Shown piece by piece: positions 41,204-50,798 of a stretch of DNA of 64,000 nucleotides (positions are counted from its first letter, which is position 1; each line of letters opens with the position of its first letter). The notes under the pieces are model-generated. The model was given only the letters and a program-made list of their open reading frames with translations. It was not told where the DNA came from and ran no database searches. The DNA is from Patescibacteria group bacterium (GTDB lineage Bacteria > Patescibacteriota > Patescibacteriia > UBA9934), in assembly GCA_041660165.1 (NCBI GenBank), contig JBAZWW010000003.1:68352-132351 (forward strand), read 5' to 3'. Position numbers and translations under genes: made by a program.

Positions 41204-42235
41204 CTAAACCAAGGTCGAGCGTCCGCCCGTGAGTCCCATGTGCTCGTAAGCCCGGGGAGTTGCGACTCGACCGCGGGGTGTGCGCTCAAGGAAGCCAAGT
41301 TGCAACAGGAATGGTTCGTAAATTTCTTCGATCGTCTCGGTCTCTTCCTGTGTAGCAGCGGCGAGTGTTCCGAGACCAACTGGTCCGCCCTGGAATTTCT
41401 CGATAAGTGTCCGCAAAAGATGCCGATCAACATTGTCGAGGCCAAGCGGGTCAATCGCGAGCATGGTCAGCGCGTCATTGGCGATGTCTGTCGTGATACT
41501 GCCGTCATGCTTGATTTCGGCGTAGTCTCTCACGCGTTTCAGCAGGCGGTTAGCTATTCTCGGCGTCCGGCGCGAGCGGTTGGCGATGGCTACCGTAGCC
41601 GGTTCGTCGATAGTAACGTCGAGGATACCCGCACTGCGCTTCACAATCTGTGCCATGTGGTCATTTTCGTAGAAGTTCAAATGAAAGGTCGAGCCAAATC
41701 TGTCGCGTAGTGGCGCGGACAAGAGCGAGAGTCGAGTTGTCGCGCCAATAATCGTAAACGGTTCGAGACCGAGCCTGAGTGTGCGCGCTGAGGGGCCTTT
41801 GCCGACAATGAGATCGAGCGCAAAATCTTCCATGGCGGGGTAGAGCACCTCCTCAATCGTTTTATTCATTCGATGAATCTCGTCGATGAATAGCACGTCG
41901 CCTTTCGCGAGGTTCGACAAGATCGCCGCTAGGTCGCCGACTCTTTCAAGCGCCGGCCCGCTCGTTACTCGGACATTCGCCCCCATCTCTCGGCCGATGA
42001 TATGAGCCAGCGTGGTCTTGCCGAGCCCGGGATTGCCGTACAGCAAAATATGTTCGAGCGGTTCGTTTCTTTTTTTTGCCGCCTCGATAAAAATACCCAG
42101 GTTTGTCTTCAGCTCATCCTGCCCAATAAAATCCGAAAGCCGTTCGGGGCGCAGGCCGATCTCTACCTTCTGCTCCTCTTCAGTCGCCACCGGCGCAACT
42201 TCCCGGGGCTCTTCCATGGCTTGTTCTTCGATCAT
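41204..42235 (-). CDS. ruvB: Holliday junction branch migration ATPase RuvB
   Basis: [32 protein letters not shown], and an arginine finger region. Confidence 0.9.
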   Translation of the reverse strand: MIEEQAMEEPREVAPVATEEEQKVEIGLRPERLSDFIGQDELKTNLGIFIEAAKKRNEPLEHILLYGNPGLGKTTLAHIIGREMGANVRVTSGPALERVGDLAAILSNLAKGDVLFIDEIHRMNKTIEEVLYPAMEDFALDLIVGKGPSARTLRLGLEPFTIIGATTRLSLLSAPLRDRFGSTFHLNFYENDHMAQIVKRSAGILDVTIDEPATVAIANRSRRTPRIANRLLKRVRDYAEIKHDGSITTDIANDALTMLAIDPLGLDNVDRHLLRTLIEKFQGGPVGLGTLAAATQEETETIEEIYEPFLLQLGFLERTPRGRVATPRAYEHMGLTGGRSTLV

Positions 42236-42366
42236 AGTGTGCCGATCGTCCTTGTCATCTCTAGGCCATCAGACGGCCGAGAGATCTCATGGTTCAGTAT
42301 CTCAATATTAGTCCAGTTAGCCCTCATAAGCAAAAAGAGCCTTTCGGGCTCTCTTTGCGTTAGTAG

Positions 42367-43254
42367 CTAGAACTGTACCGTTTGTTGGTCTGGTGAGATC
42401 GTTACTGTTTTAATGGCTTTGCGAGCGGTGATGGTTTTGCCAGTCGCGTCTCCGCAGGTGGCTCCTTCGCCACCGGTGGGAACCTGTTGGCAAAGTGGAG
42501 TCTTCGTTGAATAGATCGGTGCGTAAATCATTTTGCCCCCATCGCTCCATCCTGCAGACGTGAGTGGCTCTAGGTAGCCACCCATCTGGTTTGGTACATA
42601 ACTTGCGTATGAATACGAATAGCCGTCTGGCAGTTTTCCAATAATAGTTGTTGTATCAGTTTGCAGGTCAAGGAGCGTGAAAGAATACGTTTCGAAGGGA
42701 CAGTCTATGAAAGTTTGGCTGTCGCAGTCTGGAGATGGGGTGCCGTTTGGTATGAGGATCTTGTCTTCATTCGGTGAAACAACCATGCTAGTCGCATCAT
42801 TGCCGTTCGTCAGTATTTTTATAGTTCCCGTGGCGATGTCAATTCGCCAAATTGGGCCCCGGTTGCCCTTTTCTGCCTGGACAAGGTAGAGCGAATTCGT
42901 GTCTCCCGCCCTTGGTTCAAGGAGTATGGAGTAGTCAACTCCTGAATCTACATAGAAGGAATCGGTCTGCGCGATTGGTGTAAATTTCCCGGTTTTTGTG
43001 TCTGTGATGCCAGAGTCGTCAATGATGTACTGGCTCTCCGGGAGATTGTACTGATAACGGGCTCTATAGGTGCTCGTCCCCGCGTTAATTGTCTCTTGGA
43101 GTGTTGGAGTCGTTTCCGGAACCGAAACAATCACTGGTTGCCGTGATTTTGCCCAAATACCCGCGCCAACCATTGGCAATATGAGGCCAAGAACAAACGC
43201 CCCAAGAATGAATAACGGCGTTCGGTGCGCAATGCTCGACGATTTCTTTTTCAT
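42367..43254 (-). CDS. secreted hypothetical protein
   Basis: Signal/TM anchor; no recognisable domain. Confidence 0.45.
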   Translation of the reverse strand: MKKKSSSIAHRTPLFILGAFVLGLILPMVGAGIWAKSRQPVIVSVPETTPTLQETINAGTSTYRARYQYNLPESQYIIDDSGITDTKTGKFTPIAQTDSFYVDSGVDYSILLEPRAGDTNSLYLVQAEKGNRGPIWRIDIATGTIKILTNGNDATSMVVSPNEDKILIPNGTPSPDCDSQTFIDCPFETYSFTLLDLQTDTTTIIGKLPDGYSYSYASYVPNQMGGYLEPLTSAGWSDGGKMIYAPIYSTKTPLCQQVPTGGEGATCGDATGKTITARKAIKTVTISPDQQTVQF

Positions 43255-43291
43255 AGTTCAATGAAAAGTATAGCATCCAAATAAAAAAAGC

Positions 43292-43558
43292 TTATGAGTA
43301 GATAGCGTGGTCATCTACGTCAATGAATGAAACAACTCCATCACTTTCTATGGCGAACATGATTCGATATGACCCCGTGATAGAAAAGGACCAGAATTCT
43401 TTAAGATGGCCACTGAGTTTGTGGGTTTTGAGCTTTGGATCAAAGCAATTTGCTCGAAATGATATCTCACGCTCCAGAACTTCTTCTTTGAGGTTTTTTG
43501 GTAGTTTCTTGAAGGCGCGTTTGAAATGTGAAGAATAGGAGATCTGTTTGATCTTCAT
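43292..43558 (-). CDS. type II toxin, RelE/ParE family
   Basis: 88 aa; KKLPKNLKEEV...LSGHLKEFWSFSITGSYRIMFAI pattern. Confidence 0.65.
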   Translation of the reverse strand: MKIKQISYSSHFKRAFKKLPKNLKEEVLEREISFRANCFDPKLKTHKLSGHLKEFWSFSITGSYRIMFAIESDGVVSFIDVDDHAIYS

Positions 43559-43559
43559 A

Positions 43560-43787
43560 TTACTTCATGAGACTAGCCAGTGATCCTTTGAGCACTTTGA
43601 GTTTTCCGGTTTTCCGCTCGGTTTCATATACGGCAACCGCTTCGAGCGCGCCCTGTTCCTCAATAAATCGGCGAAGTGCTGTCCGAAGAAGCTCGGAACG
43701 GGTCATATGATGTCTCTTGGCCATTCTCTCTGATTGCACAACGAGCGCCGGGGGGAGTGAAATCGTGACCAGGGATGTGGTGCGCAT
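43560..43787 (-). CDS. ribbon-helix-helix (CopG/ParD-like) antitoxin
   Basis: 75 aa; LVTISLPPALVVQSERMAKRHHMTRSELLRTAL; 1-bp gap to the toxin gene. Confidence 0.6.
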   Translation of the reverse strand: MRTTSLVTISLPPALVVQSERMAKRHHMTRSELLRTALRRFIEEQGALEAVAVYETERKTGKLKVLKGSLASLMK

Positions 43788-43901
43788 AAAGGTTGTTACT
43801 TAGTATTAACCTCAGTGTACTCATTGTGATTATCTACGTCAAACGAGAAAAGTTGGCGTCAAGTTGATCTTTTGTATCGAAACAGGCACAATATACTCTG
43901 T

Positions 43902-43986
43902 GCCGGGATGGCGAAATGGCAGCCGCGAGGCCCTTAAGAGGCCTTATCCGAAAGGGTGTGCGGGTTCGAGTCCCGCTCCCGGTACC
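43902..43986 (+). tRNA. tRNA-Leu (anticodon TAA)
   Basis: Anticodon stem AGGCC/GGCCT with loop CTTAAGA; long variable arm; T-arm CGGGTTCGAGTCCCG; encoded CCA. Confidence 0.85.
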
Positions 43987-43993
43987 ATCAAAT

Positions 43994-44022
43994 GATCGAG
44001 CCTAATGGCTCGATTTTTTGTT
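43994..44022. terminator. bidirectional rho-independent terminator
   Basis: ATCGAGCC-taat-GGCTCGAT followed by TTTTTTG; sits between tRNA-Leu(+) and the MFS gene(-). Confidence 0.55.
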
Positions 44023-45180
44023 TTGTCGAACGGCCATGAAGATGATCAGCAGTACCGCAGAGAAGCCCGAGACGATGGCCCCAAAGTAAAACGGGGCAGA
44101 GGGGGAGACGCGGTCCCAGAGGAGGCCGGCGATTAGACTCGATGGAAGGGAGAGGACGCCGATAGTGGTATTGAAGAGGCCATATGCTCGTCCTCTGTGC
44201 GATTCGGGGACCATGTCAGCCACGAATGCTTTGGCTACGCCGTAAGTGGTGGCGTAATAGAGGCCGTAGAAGGCGAAGAGGATCCAGATGTGAATAGCCG
44301 AGGTCGCGCTTGCGAATCCGAGGTAGGCGAGGGCGTAGGCCAGCCAGCCGATGAGCATCACCTTTTCTCGACCAATCCGATCGGAGAGACTGCCGAGCGG
44401 GACTGAGGCGGTGGCGTACACAAAGTTAAAGACGGCATAGACAAGGGGGATGGCGAGCAATGTGACGCCCACGTTCTGCGCTCGCAGAATGAGAAAAGCG
44501 TCAGACGAGTTGCCAATAGCAAAAATGGTGATGATGACCAGAAAAACGTAGAACTGTGAGGGGATAGCGCCGTGGTTTGGTTCGGCGCGTTTTGCGCGCG
44601 GAATACTTGACGCCTCCTTAACCTTCCAGACCAGGATGCCGAGTGTGAAGACGAGCGGGATAGCGGAGAGGAGCAAGATGAGGTGATATTTGTATTCGTG
44701 ATCTTGGAAAATGTATAAAAGGGCAAAGAGGAGGAGCGGGCCGGCCACAGAACCCAGCGTGTCGAGCATTCTGGCGATGCCAAAGCTCTTGCCACGAGAA
44801 GTAGACACGCTTGATGAAGCAATAAGTGCGTCCTTGGGCGAGTCCTTAATCCCTTTGCCAGCACCGTCTAGAAAGCGCAGGCCGAGGACTGCCACACCGC
44901 CCGTGACGAACGCAAGTAGTGGCCGAGCCACCATTGAGAAAAAGTAGCCGGCAAAGATAATCGGTTTTTTCTTGCCGTATTTATCCGTCAGATAGCCGGC
45001 CAGCAGGCGGAAGATGCTCGCCCCAGCGGTGACCAGGCCCTCAGACAGGCCAATGAGCGCGGCGTCCAGGTGCAAGATGTTCTTGAGGTACAACGGCAGG
45101 ATCGGCACAAAAATATCCTGGCTAATACCGCCAAAAAAACTGAGGAGGCCAATGAAGAAGACGTTCATACTTTCGTTCAT
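44002..45180 (-). CDS. MFS transporter
   Basis: 12 TM helices; MFS motif LTDKYGKKKP. Confidence 0.75.
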   Translation of the reverse strand: MNESMNVFFIGLLSFFGGISQDIFVPILPLYLKNILHLDAALIGLSEGLVTAGASIFRLLAGYLTDKYGKKKPIIFAGYFFSMVARPLLAFVTGGVAVLGLRFLDGAGKGIKDSPKDALIASSSVSTSRGKSFGIARMLDTLGSVAGPLLLFALLYIFQDHEYKYHLILLLSAIPLVFTLGILVWKVKEASSIPRAKRAEPNHGAIPSQFYVFLVIITIFAIGNSSDAFLILRAQNVGVTLLAIPLVYAVFNFVYATASVPLGSLSDRIGREKVMLIGWLAYALAYLGFASATSAIHIWILFAFYGLYYATTYGVAKAFVADMVPESHRGRAYGLFNTTIGVLSLPSSLIAGLLWDRVSPSAPFYFGAIVSGFSAVLLIIFMAVRQNKKSSH

Positions 45181-45207
45181 GATAGCAGAATGCTAAACTG
45201 CTCCCGT

Positions 45208-45669
45208 ATGAAAGGCTATCGCCCCAACGCAGGCATCATTGTGACGGACGGCAAAGGCCATGTGCTCATGTGCGAGCGCACGGATTTGAAATATGAGGGG
45301 ACATGGCAGACACCCCAGGGCGGGATTGATCCCGGGGAGACGGGGAGAGATACGGCGGTGCGCGAGCTTGGCGAGGAACTCGGCCTGGCGCCGGAAGAAT
45401 TCGATATTCTGGCGGAATCAACGCAGAAGTTTCGTTACGAGTGGCCGGAAAGCTATCAGATGATGAATCCATTACGAGAGTTTCGGGGCCAAGAACAGCA
45501 GTTTTTCCTAGCGCAAGTCCATCCGGGCGTGGAGTTTTATCTTGATTCTGCTGGTCATGGGGAATTCAGACGGGTAATGTGGGGGAGCCCGCAGGACTTG
45601 CTCAGCAAATGCTGGGAACCCAAGCGTCCGGGGCTTGAGTCTGCTATGAAAGAGTTTGGCCTTTTATGA
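45208..45669 (+). CDS. NUDIX hydrolase (RppH-like)
   Basis: Start at MKGYRPNAGIIV; Nudix box GGIDPGETGRDTAVRELGEELGL. Confidence 0.7.
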   Translation: MKGYRPNAGIIVTDGKGHVLMCERTDLKYEGTWQTPQGGIDPGETGRDTAVRELGEELGLAPEEFDILAESTQKFRYEWPESYQMMNPLREFRGQEQQFFLAQVHPGVEFYLDSAGHGEFRRVMWGSPQDLLSKCWEPKRPGLESAMKEFGLL

Positions 45670-46553
45670 AAAAAACTACGCCAAAGAAGATTGTCATCAT
45701 TGGGGGAGGAACTGGCACGGCCACCGTCCTCAAAGGACTGCGCCAGTATCCGCTTGAGCTTTCAGCCGTGGTTTCAATGGCTGATGACGGCGGTTCGACG
45801 GGAATCCTTCGGCGCGAGCTTGGCATTTTACCGGTTGGGGATATTCGCCAATGCCTGCTCGCGCTTTCAGACGCCGAGGATTCCGTGAAGGAACTATTCG
45901 GTTATCGCTTCGCCGAGGGGAGTCTCTCAGGACACAGCGCGGGCAATCTTCTCCTCGCCGCGCTCGTGAAATCTACGGGGGATTTCGAGGAAGCATTGGC
46001 CGTTGCCTCGAGAATGCTCGACATAAAGGGCGAAGTCATTCCCGTAACGCTCGATTTGACCACGCTCGGCGTTATTCATGGGAGTGATCGAGTGAAAGTG
46101 ATGGGCGAGCATGTGATTGATGACGGACTCGTGCTCAACCAACCGCGAGAATTCTTCCTTGAGCCCCGCGCGCAGATCAGCAGTCGAGCTCGAACCGCCA
46201 TCCTCGACGCCGATGTGATCGTGATCGGCCCCGGCTCGCTCGCCACCTCGCTCATACCAGCACTCATTGTAGAGGGAGTGCGCAAGGCGATTGGCGAGTC
46301 TAAGGCGAAGATCATCTATAACGTAAACCTCGCCCCAACGCCGGGGCAGACGGAGGGGTTCTCGGTAGCCGATTACGTGAAAGAGATCGAGTCATACTTG
46401 CCCCGCAAGATAGATTTTGTGACGAGCGGGGACGCGCTCAGGGATCCCTCGAAAGTAGAGAAAAAGGCTGGCGATCTCCTTGTCAGAAGCAGTGTTCGGC
46501 ATAATCCGGAGGCGCTTGGCCGGGTCATTATGGAATATATTGAGGCGCTATGA
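45666..46553 (+). CDS. YvcK/CofD-like (UPF0052, gluconeogenesis-factor family) protein
   Basis: KIVIIGGGTG...MADDGGSTG signature. Confidence 0.8.
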   Translation: MKKTTPKKIVIIGGGTGTATVLKGLRQYPLELSAVVSMADDGGSTGILRRELGILPVGDIRQCLLALSDAEDSVKELFGYRFAEGSLSGHSAGNLLLAALVKSTGDFEEALAVASRMLDIKGEVIPVTLDLTTLGVIHGSDRVKVMGEHVIDDGLVLNQPREFFLEPRAQISSRARTAILDADVIVIGPGSLATSLIPALIVEGVRKAIGESKAKIIYNVNLAPTPGQTEGFSVADYVKEIESYLPRKIDFVTSGDALRDPSKVEKKAGDLLVRSSVRHNPEALGRVIMEYIEAL

Positions 46554-47698
46554 AGATTTTTATTGATTTTGACCACACGCTAACCCGGGGCCGGGAGTTT
46601 GGGGATGCCATTTTGGGCGAACTGGGCGGGGAGTCAGCGGAAATTTTGCGCACCGCGCTTCGGGATTTTAGGCAAACGCATGATTTTACGTTGGAAGCCG
46701 TTTCTCAGCTCTTTGAACAGTTCGGCTTTCCGCCTGAGCGAACGATCAGTATGTATGAAGCGTATGCCAAGCGGATGGAGGAGTTTTTGGCGCCAGATGC
46801 CCATGAATTTCTGTCCGCTTTGAAGGCATTGGGCCACGAGCTGATACTCCTCACGCGTTCTCCTGACGTGGAAACATGGCAACGGCCAAAGGTGCTGGCG
46901 TCAGGGCTGAGTGAATATTTTACTGGCATTGAGATTACGAGCGGAGCAAAAGTGGACGTGATAGAGATGCTCGGCCACCAAGAGCCGTTTATATTTATTG
47001 ATGATCTCCCAAAGGAAACGGAAGAAATGCAAGCACGTTTTCCGGTGGCGCTTTGTATTACGCATGAAAAAGGCGCCCCGCTCATGGAGCATCTTTTCAC
47101 TATTGCCGGTTTTGCTAATCGTGACGAGCTAAAAACGCTTCCGTTGCCGATTAATACCGCGATCAACATCGGAAATCTTTCACTCGAGGACGGCGAACAG
47201 CTGGCCGTAACGTTTGGCCTCGACAAAAAAGCAGTCGACGCTTTCAAAAAGCGTTCGTGTGATGAAACGGATGAAGAGCTCATGCGTTTTACGAGTGATC
47301 ACGAGCGGATTTGCCTTGGTTCGTATGAAACTTGGTATGCCAAGGAGCGCTACCCGTTTGGCCTCATGAGCAAGTCCGGCGAACTGGCCGGCATTGCCTG
47401 GTTTGGCCCAAAGGCGTTTCCCTCGATTGAAAAAGCGGGGTTTCAAACCCCGCCCATGACCGCGAACGCCGAGTGGCATACCTTTGCTGTCCGCATGTAT
47501 AACCCGTATCGCGGAAAACGGCTGGCTTTCCCCTTTGCTTCCTTTGTTTTTAAGGCTTACAATACCTTTCTTCCTCCGCATCCGCTTTGGCTTGATACAA
47601 GTCCGGAAAACGCTGGCGCCATTCGGTTATACTCAAAGCTAGGATTCATCGAGCATGGACATCGAGAGGATGGCCGAGTAGTCATGATCCGCCCGTAA
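46550..47698 (+). CDS. HAD-like hydrolase fused to a GNAT acetyltransferase
   Basis: N-terminal DxD motif FIDFDHTL; C-terminal GNAT-like region; contains in-frame palindrome B at 47435-47453. Confidence 0.55.
   Translation: MKIFIDFDHTLTRGREFGDAILGELGGESAEILRTALRDFRQTHDFTLEAVSQLFEQFGFPPERTISMYEAYAKRMEEFLAPDAHEFLSALKALGHELILLTRSPDVETWQRPKVLASGLSEYFTGIEITSGAKVDVIEMLGHQEPFIFIDDLPKETEEMQARFPVALCITHEKGAPLMEHLFTIAGFANRDELKTLPLPINTAINIGNLSLEDGEQLAVTFGLDKKAVDAFKKRSCDETDEELMRFTSDHERICLGSYETWYAKERYPFGLMSKSGELAGIAWFGPKAFPSIEKAGFQTPPMTANAEWHTFAVRMYNPYRGKRLAFPFASFVFKAYNTFLPPHPLWLDTSPENAGAIRLYSKLGFIEHGHREDGRVVMIRP
47435..47453. repeat. palindromic hairpin GCGGGGTT-tca-AACCCCGC (family B, copy 1, in-frame in the HAD-GNAT gene)
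   Basis: Perfect 8-bp stem; encodes KAGFQTPP. Confidence 0.6.
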
Positions 47699-47700
47699 CT

Positions 47701-48981
47701 ATGCCTCGCGTTAAACTGACCGAATTTCGGGCGAAGAAGCTCATCCTCGGCAACACCTACGCCGGTGTTTCTTTTTGTGGTGTGGTGCGTTCTCCCTCTT
47801 TCCAAGAGGGCGTCAGTACGGGTGGGCGTTCCCCCTCTTTCCAAGAGGGTGTCAGGACGGATGGGCGCTCCCCCTCTTTCCAAGAGGGGGCTACGGGGGA
47901 GTCGGTGGTGCGTTGGGTGGTCAAAGTCGATCAAGGTATCAAAAAGCGCTTCAAGCAAGGCCTCGTCAAAGTGAATATCTCGGCGGACGAGATTTTGAGC
48001 GCTGTCGAGCCTTGGAAGGCAAAGGGCTTCTCGCAATTCATTGCCGAGCCGTTTGTCGAGCACTCGGCGAACGAGGAACAGTATCTTTCGCTTGAGCGCG
48101 TGCGTGAGGGGGTTCGCATTTTGCATACCGCCGAGGGCGGAGTTGATATTGAGGCGCATCCGGAAGCTGTCCGATCATATGTCGTCGAAAATGCGGGCGA
48201 GATTTCATTGATCGCTAAAGAGACGAAGATTCCGCAGGCATTCCTTGAACAGTTAATTTCAACTTTTAACGATAAGATGTTTGCATTTCTTGAGATCAAT
48301 CCGCTTGTGATCAAGGGTGATCGAGTCTATTTGCTCGACGCTGCCGTGCTCGTGGACAGCGCAGGAATCTTCTTTGTGCACGGCGCGTGGACGGCGAGTG
48401 ATCTTGTTCTGCCCACCGCCAAGCATCCGGCTGAAGCGCGGGTCGAGGAATTAGCGAAAACCACTCCCGCCTCGCTCAAATTGTCCGTGCTGAATCCTGA
48501 CGGAGCATTGTTTTTCTTGTTGTCTGGCGGTGGGGGATCAATCGTGATCGCAGATACCGTCATGAACAAAAGCGGGGTTTCAAACCCCGCCCACGGCGCG
48601 GGCCAACTGATCGGCAACTACGGCGAGTACAGCGGAGGGCCCACGCGCGAAGAGACGTTTTTGTACACTCGCGAGGTACTCGGTTTGTTGCTCGGATCGA
48701 GCGCGCCGAAGAAGGCGCTCATAATTGCCGGGGGAGTGGCAAACTTTACGGATGTGAAGCGGACGTTTGCAGGCATCATTGACGCGTTGACCGAGCGCTC
48801 AGCCGAACTCCGTAAGCAGGGCGTTAAGGTGTTTGTGCGCCGGGGCGGACCGAATGAACAGGCGGGACTGGCCATGATGCGTGAGTTCCTGACCGCCGAG
48901 GGATTGCTCGGTGCCGTTTATGGATCAGAGGCGGTGATGACTAAGGCGGTAGAAGACGCCATAGCTTTTGTAAAAGTATGA
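47701..48981 (+). CDS. ATP-grasp subunit resembling ATP-citrate lyase beta / succinyl-CoA synthetase beta (AclB-like)
   Basis: ATP-grasp plus CoA-ligase fold; near the N-terminus carries three tandem 13-aa in-frame repeats (SPSFQEGxxTxGR) from element A, and a family B hairpin at 48572-48590. Confidence 0.65.
   Translation: MPRVKLTEFRAKKLILGNTYAGVSFCGVVRSPSFQEGVSTGGRSPSFQEGVRTDGRSPSFQEGATGESVVRWVVKVDQGIKKRFKQGLVKVNISADEILSAVEPWKAKGFSQFIAEPFVEHSANEEQYLSLERVREGVRILHTAEGGVDIEAHPEAVRSYVVENAGEISLIAKETKIPQAFLEQLISTFNDKMFAFLEINPLVIKGDRVYLLDAAVLVDSAGIFFVHGAWTASDLVLPTAKHPAEARVEELAKTTPASLKLSVLNPDGALFFLLSGGGGSIVIADTVMNKSGVSNPAHGAGQLIGNYGEYSGGPTREETFLYTREVLGLLLGSSAPKKALIIAGGVANFTDVKRTFAGIIDALTERSAELRKQGVKVFVRRGGPNEQAGLAMMREFLTAEGLLGAVYGSEAVMTKAVEDAIAFVKV
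47784..47903. repeat. three tandem 39-bp copies of palindromic element A (GGTGCGTT-CCCCCTCTTTCCAAGAGGGGG-CTACGGGGGAGTC)
   Basis: Direct reading of the sequence; in-frame within the AclB-like CDS. Confidence 0.85.
48572..48590. repeat. palindromic hairpin GCGGGGTT-tca-AACCCCGC (family B, copy 2, in-frame in the AclB-like gene)
   Basis: Identical 19-mer, read in a different frame (KSGVSNPAHG). Confidence 0.6.
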
Positions 48982-50798
48982 ACGTCATTGAAACCATAAG
49001 AACGGGGCAGGATGGTATTCTCGTCCTTGGCAACCATCCAGAAATCGTGCAATCCATTTTGGATTTTGATTATTTGTCGGGCAAGGCTCATCCCTCGATT
49101 TTGGGGATTGTGACTCAGAACCGAAAGGCCTTAAAATGTTTTTTTGGCGCGCGGGAGATGCTGGTTCCGTGTTTTAAGAGCGTTAATGCGGTGCCGAAAG
49201 TGATCGGCGAGAATGTGCGCTGGATGCTGAACGCGCAGTCTGGCCGGCGCGCGTATGACTCGACCGTTTCGTTTTTCGAGGCCTTTCCGAAGGCACTCGG
49301 CGGGCACATTTTTGCGGAGAATATGCCGGAGATCCACGCGACCGAGCTGATTCGCCGTTATGGATTCTCGAAACTCATCGCTGGGCCATCCGGCGTTGGT
49401 CTCCTCGTCCCTGGCCATCTCAAACTTGGCGCCAGCGGGGGAGTGGGCGTGCCCCAGCTTGTGCAGGGGAAACTAGCGAATCCTGGCTCGGTCGCCGTTG
49501 TCTCGACATCTGGCGGAATGACGAACGAGTTGATTGTGGCCGTGGCGAATGCGGGCAAGGGGACCTCGTTTTCCGTTTCTATCGGCGGGGATAGGTTTCC
49601 GATCACTTCGCTAACTGATGTGTTGATGCTGGCGGAGGGAGACGCGCAGACAGAAGCGATCGTCTATTTCGGCGAGCTTGGCGGAGCGGACGAGTATGAG
49701 ATTGTGAAATTACTCGACGAGAAAAAGCTGACGAAGCCAATCATTTGTTATATTGCCGGGATCATTGACGAAGCTTTTGATCAGCACATGCAGTTTGGCC
49801 ACGCCAAGGCACTGGTAGCGCATAAAGATGAGAGCGCTCGAGCGAAAAGAGTTGCGCTCGCAAAAGCCGGAGCCATTGCCCCGGAGACGTTCCCTGAGTT
49901 TCTCTCGGTCATCCCAAGCATCAATATCATCTCGAGCGGAGCGAGAGATTTGATTGGCCAATCAGATCCTTCGCCTGTCAAACAAGCTCAGGATGACGCT
50001 TACATTAAACCCCTTATGGAAAGACAAAAAAGTATTCTCTCGACACGAAAAATTGTTGACCTAGAATCCGTTCCGCAGTACGTCAAAGACGGCAAGCTGG
50101 CTAAACCGCGGGCGAATGCGTTCGCCTCGGCTTCTCTGCGAGCACTGCTCGGTCGTGAACCTTCAGCCCTAGTTTCGGCCTTTGTTGAGAACATTTTCGA
50201 GTTATTGATCGATCACGGCGGGAACGTTTCCGGCGCGGTGAACACCATGATTACCGCCAGGGCCGGCAAAGATCTCGTCTCCTCGCTCGCCTCAGGCTTG
50301 TTAACGATCGGTCCGCGTTTTGGTGGGGCGGTCAATGATTCAGCCAAGACCTGGATGCAGGGCGTAGTGTCAAAAAAGTCCGCCTCTGACTTTGTTGAGG
50401 AGAAAACCAAAGCTGGCGATCTGCTCGCGGGCATTGGACATAGAAAATATCGTGTAGGCATTCCTGATCCACGCGTAGCTTCCTTGTCCGAGTTTGCTTC
50501 GCTCCTTTCAAGTCATCCGCATTACGATTTCGCGCGAGCAGTCGAGGCAGTGACCACGAGCAAGAATGGCAACCTCATCTTGAACGTGGACGGCGTCATG
50601 GCTTCGCTCCTCCTAGACATTCTTGCCGAGTCCGATAAATTCTCGCCCGAAGAACTTCAAGAACTGGTTGACGCTGAATTCTTTAACGCCCTCTTTGTCA
50701 TCCCCCGCACCGTTGGCTTCATTTCACACTTTATCGAACAGAAGAGGAACGACGAGGGACTATTCCGCTTGCCGGACGAGCTGTTGTTTGAGAGATAG
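48978..50798 (+). CDS. ATP-citrate lyase alpha-like subunit (SCS-alpha CoA-binding domain plus citrate-synthase-like C-terminal domain)
   Basis: 606 aa; phosphohistidine loop MQFGHAKAL; citrate-synthase-like GIGHRKYRVGIPDPRV; 4-bp overlap with the upstream ATP-grasp subunit. Confidence 0.7.
   Translation: MNVIETIRTGQDGILVLGNHPEIVQSILDFDYLSGKAHPSILGIVTQNRKALKCFFGAREMLVPCFKSVNAVPKVIGENVRWMLNAQSGRRAYDSTVSFFEAFPKALGGHIFAENMPEIHATELIRRYGFSKLIAGPSGVGLLVPGHLKLGASGGVGVPQLVQGKLANPGSVAVVSTSGGMTNELIVAVANAGKGTSFSVSIGGDRFPITSLTDVLMLAEGDAQTEAIVYFGELGGADEYEIVKLLDEKKLTKPIICYIAGIIDEAFDQHMQFGHAKALVAHKDESARAKRVALAKAGAIAPETFPEFLSVIPSINIISSGARDLIGQSDPSPVKQAQDDAYIKPLMERQKSILSTRKIVDLESVPQYVKDGKLAKPRANAFASASLRALLGREPSALVSAFVENIFELLIDHGGNVSGAVNTMITARAGKDLVSSLASGLLTIGPRFGGAVNDSAKTWMQGVVSKKSASDFVEEKTKAGDLLAGIGHRKYRVGIPDPRVASLSEFASLLSSHPHYDFARAVEAVTTSKNGNLILNVDGVMASLLLDILAESDKFSPEELQELVDAEFFNALFVIPRTVGFISHFIEQKRNDEGLFRLPDELLFER

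Noticed and set aside
47784-47903. Tandem 39-bp repeats considered as a possible CRISPR array
   Set aside because: The units are directly adjacent with no unique spacers. They lie inside an intact CDS in-frame, and no cas genes are present. They are copies of palindromic element A.
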